Assembly: GCA_001179505.1 (NCBI GenBank)
Contig: CDMY01000113.1
Span: 124,001 to 188,000 of the forward strand
Length of the DNA stretch: 64,000 nt
Direction of reading: 5' to 3'
DNA from: Vitrella brassicaformis CCMP3155
Taxonomy: Eukaryota > Protista > Chromerida
A program made the translations under genes and the position numbers. This document shows, piece by piece, positions 60,556 through 64,000 of this stretch; positions within the stretch are counted from its first letter, which is position 1, and each line of letters begins with the position of its first letter. The notes beneath the pieces are model-generated. The model was not told where the DNA came from. It made no database searches and worked only from the letters and a program-made list of their open reading frames with translations.

Positions 60556-61795
60556 ATGAATGAGGTGCTGCCGTCCGTATGGCTGGGGTCGATGCATGCC
60601 GGTAGGCCCGAAGAAGAGCCAGGTGTCAAGCAATAGGTGTCAAGCATGACGGTCTGATGCGTGTTTGTGTGTGCGCAGCTGTGGACGAGACCTTTCTGGC
60701 TGGTGTCGGGATCACACACATCTTGACAGCCGGGAGCGGCCTTTCTATCACAGCCCCTTCATTTATCAAGCATCACATGACGCTGGAGCTGGCGGACACT
60801 GTATGGGACAGCGTTCTGCCGCACGTTGAGGAGGGCGTCGCGTTCATGGATGGAGCCGTCAAGGAAGGAGGCAAGGTGCTGGTTCATTGCGCCGCTGGGA
60901 GTACGTTGACTACGCAAACGCGAATCGTTCTATGTCTTCTGCTGTCTGTCCCTGTCTTGTGTGCATGGTTTTTTCAGTGTCGCGGTCGCCGAGCATCTGT
61001 ATCGCCTATGCGATGAAGGCGCTGGGAATGACGTATTTTCAAGCCTTCAAGACAGTCAAGAAGGTCAGACCGATGACGTCACCCAACACGGCGTTCAGAG
61101 CACAGGTGAGGGAGGGAAGGAGGGAGGGAGGGAGGAGCAAGCAGGAAACAGCAGCCCCGATCAGACCGATGTATGTATGTGTGCGCCTGTCACATAAGCT
61201 CCTCCTGTACCAGAAGCACAATTTTGATGTGAAGTCGGCTTCTAACGAATGGTGGGCATTGCCACGCACACAAGCATCACGTGAATGGTCGGTTCCCTTG
61301 CCTTGGCTTTGTGTCTCGTCAGGGGTCGGTGTCTCGATTCCTTTGGCATCAGGCTCTACCGCGATCCGTCCGATGGCTCGCCTACCAGCACTGCGGCCAC
61401 GCAGAGACACATGGAGGTTTTCTACCGCTTCGATGACGTGTCGCCGCATTCACACGCTGAGGGACACATACACGAGGACCTGGAGAAGGCACTGGGGCTG
61501 GAGGGCAGTACGGCCATGCCATTGGAGGGGGGCTAGCTGATTGAGAGACCTCTGTTTTGTGTGTTCTCATCTTGAGTGTCGGCATGTACAGCTTTGGGTC
61601 GGTGGGAAGTTACATTCCATCGATTCAAGAGACAACACCATGACGAGTCAACAGCTTTGGAACGTACAAATGGAAGTTATCTCATCTCCATGTGCGGCAT
61701 GCATCGCTCCCCCCCTTCCCCACCCTCTCAGTCTCTCTCAGACACTCGATCTCCTCACTAAGTGCCTGGAGCTCCCGCCGGAGGGGCGAGGATAA
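60556..61795 (+). CDS. Dual-specificity protein phosphatase
   Basis: MNEVLPSVWLGSMHA|...ITHILT...LAD...GKVLVHCAAG|VSRSPSICIAYAMK...RPMTSPNTAFRAQL, containing the HCxxGxSRS catalytic loop. Confidence 0.9.
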
Positions 61796-61898
61796 GCATG
61801 GACAAGACGGAGACAGCGGTCGGGGTGGCAGTGGCGACAAAGAGCCTGGTTGTGGTGCGGCAGATGGCTGAGGGGCGACAGGTGACATGATGCTCTGC

Positions 61899-64000
61899 TC
61901 AGCCTGCAACAGACAACCAGAAAGAGGTTGCTGTCCTGACATAACCCCAGCGCTCCTTAGGTTGACCGACCTGTGCCTCCCTCTCCTGATCTGCCGCCCT
62001 TTCACTCCTTTTTTCTTGCGCGGCGACGCTGCGACGCCTCAGCAGTCGTGACCTGGGCCGATCCAGCAGCCTCTCCAGAGCAGCCGCATGCTCCACGTGA
62101 GCCTTAAGCAGCTCTGGCAAATGACCAAGCACCGAGCTCAGGCCCCTACCAGCCGCCCCCCTTGCGCGCGAAGTGCTCGCGGGCGACTCGTGGCGGTCAC
62201 ACAGGGGAGTCGACGACTCGTCGGCCTCTCCCCTTCTCGAGCACGCGTCCATCTCCGAGAACGCTCGTCGCGATGTGTCGATTGAGGCTGGGCACGGCGG
62301 ATGGCTGGTTGGTGCCTTGCTGGGGAGACGGGTGCCGGTTGTGATGCGGCGCCTCAACGGAGTGGGGTTGGGGGTGGCGGGGCCTTCACCTTGGGGCTCA
62401 TTCTCGCTGTCTTCTGTGGCCACTGCCGCGCTGATGGACGTCCGACAAGTGCTCTTGAGCAGAGACAAAGCCTAAAGAAGAGAGAAACAGGCGGTGCACG
62501 TGTACGAAACGATTTGATACGGATGCGCACCTTTGATCCAGTCCGCGTCCCAGCCCTCCGTTCATCAGCCATCTTGAGAACGGGAATGTTGTCTAGCGCT
62601 AAAGGCGGCACCGCGCAAGCCCCTGCCCCTGGATCCTGAGACGCCCTACTTGATGGCATCGACCCAGAGGACGACCCCCCCCAGGACCTCACTGATGCCG
62701 ATCGATGCATCCTGGCAACGTGGGGCGAGGCATCACTGACGTCGACGGCAGCGGGGGCCGGCGGGGATGGGGGCTGGTGTTTGCGGATCGATGGAATGGG
62801 CGCCGCCTCCTCAACAGCATGATTCGCCGATATGCACGCCATGGCGTCGCCATGTGCCAGAGCCCGCAGAGGTGCGCTGGGCTTTGGCTTGGCAGACGTG
62901 GGAGGCAGCGGGGGCCGCGACAAGTGCGACGGAGACTCCATCTTGGCACCCGGCTTCGAATGACCAGCAGACGCCGCAGCAGCATCCCCACTGCCATCGC
63001 TCCGCTGCTGAGGAGCAGCGAGGGGCGACGGTATCTGCAGGCTGCATGGCGGAGGGGGCTGTGGACGAGGAGGAGTGGAAGGGACCGGCGGTGGACTGAA
63101 AGGCCTGACAGAGAAACCGGACAGAAAGAGAAGAGACGAGCTGTGTTGCTGTGGGTGTGTCTCTCCCCCTCTCTCTTTTCTACGTACTCGTTCTTGAGCT
63201 GGTAGAGCAGCTCACAGGTCGCATCACACGTATGCCCCGGCAGCCAAGCGTCCGGACACTCATCGAATGGCCTGTCATCCACCCGAATCAGTTCTTCAAC
63301 CCTCCCCCAGTCCCTCACACGACCCCTCCCCTTGTCTGACGCATCAAAGTGCGGCTCGGCCGTCGGCAGCACCGGCGAGACCGACAAGGCCCCCATCCTC
63401 TCTTGCTTCATGGGCACAGGGGATGGCGGCGGCCCAACTCGCCACTTCTTGGAGAAGAGGGGGATGACCTGTGGCGAGGGGGAATCGTTGCCGAAGGGAG
63501 AAGGAGAGGCGAGGGACTGGTTGGCAGGATGAAGTGGCGTCTCGACCACAGTGTATTGGGTCGGCAGCCGATACAAAGGGCCATCGGCAGGCCTCAGTGG
63601 GGAGGCGTTGCTGACAGGCTGTATAACACACAGACACGGAGCAAGAGAAGTGTGGCGGCAATTGAATCCTCGTTTCTCAGTATCCTACCTTTGCTCTTGC
63701 ATCGTCTCCTCTACCACTCTCCTGTCCCCTCCTCGCCCTTGTGCTACTCACGGGCTGCGCCTCCAAGACCTCTACTGGTGTCCCATGACCCCTGGGCACC
63801 TTCGGCGGTAAGCCTACCACTCGTGGAATCGGCCCCGTCCCATCCTGTGGCCGGTGCGACGTCTGCGTGCCGAAGCGCTGCCTCGCAAGCCCAGCCAGAT
63901 CACCGCTTTCTTGCCTCGATGATGAAAGCACTGAGGGTGGCCTGGTTTCCGGCGGCGATTGGCTGGATAAGGCAGAGAGGGGAGGGGATGGTGTGGCCTT
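61899..64000 (-). CDS. Hypothetical Ser/Pro-rich multi-exon protein, 5' end outside the window
   Basis: Coding-like ORFs with splice sites (acceptor at about 63931, donors at about 63813 and 63150). 3' end uncertain. Confidence 0.4.

Noticed and set aside
1-64000. tRNA, rRNA or snRNA genes
   Set aside because: No cloverleaf, rRNA or Sm-site/snRNA signature was recognised by eye. An Infernal/tRNAscan run would be needed to exclude them.

Overview
GC-rich, intron-rich eukaryotic nuclear DNA. Introns carry (TG)n/(TGTC)n/(CATC)n microsatellites, and the window includes a plastid-type release factor and delta-tubulin. This fits a photosynthetic, flagellated alveolate, most likely the chromerid Vitrella brassicaformis (inference; no database search was run). 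Recognisable genes, all spliced by eye: the C-terminus of a DEAH-box RNA helicase, an RWD-domain protein, an MFS transporter, a Ulp1/SENP protease, an EF-hand protein, a secreted class-3 lipase, a divergent kinase-like protein, two inverted copies of a METTL21-like methyltransferase, PIG-W/GWT1, a formin, a RING protein, plastid-type RF1, TBCE head-to-head with delta-tubulin, and a dual-specificity phosphatase. Two accessory islands (about 10.6-20.2 kb and 28.7-36.4 kb) hold a tandem 3-exon gene family, gene fragments, pseudogenes and a recurrent 21-nt motif. The most notable observation is that the formin appears to start with an upstream exon, missed by the ORF track, that encodes a two-helix hydrophobic membrane anchor. 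Copies of that exon recur in inverted orientation about 5 kb away. Exon boundaries are manual and approximate. There is a 300-N assembly gap at 52887-53186. No rRNA, tRNA or CRISPR array was recognised.
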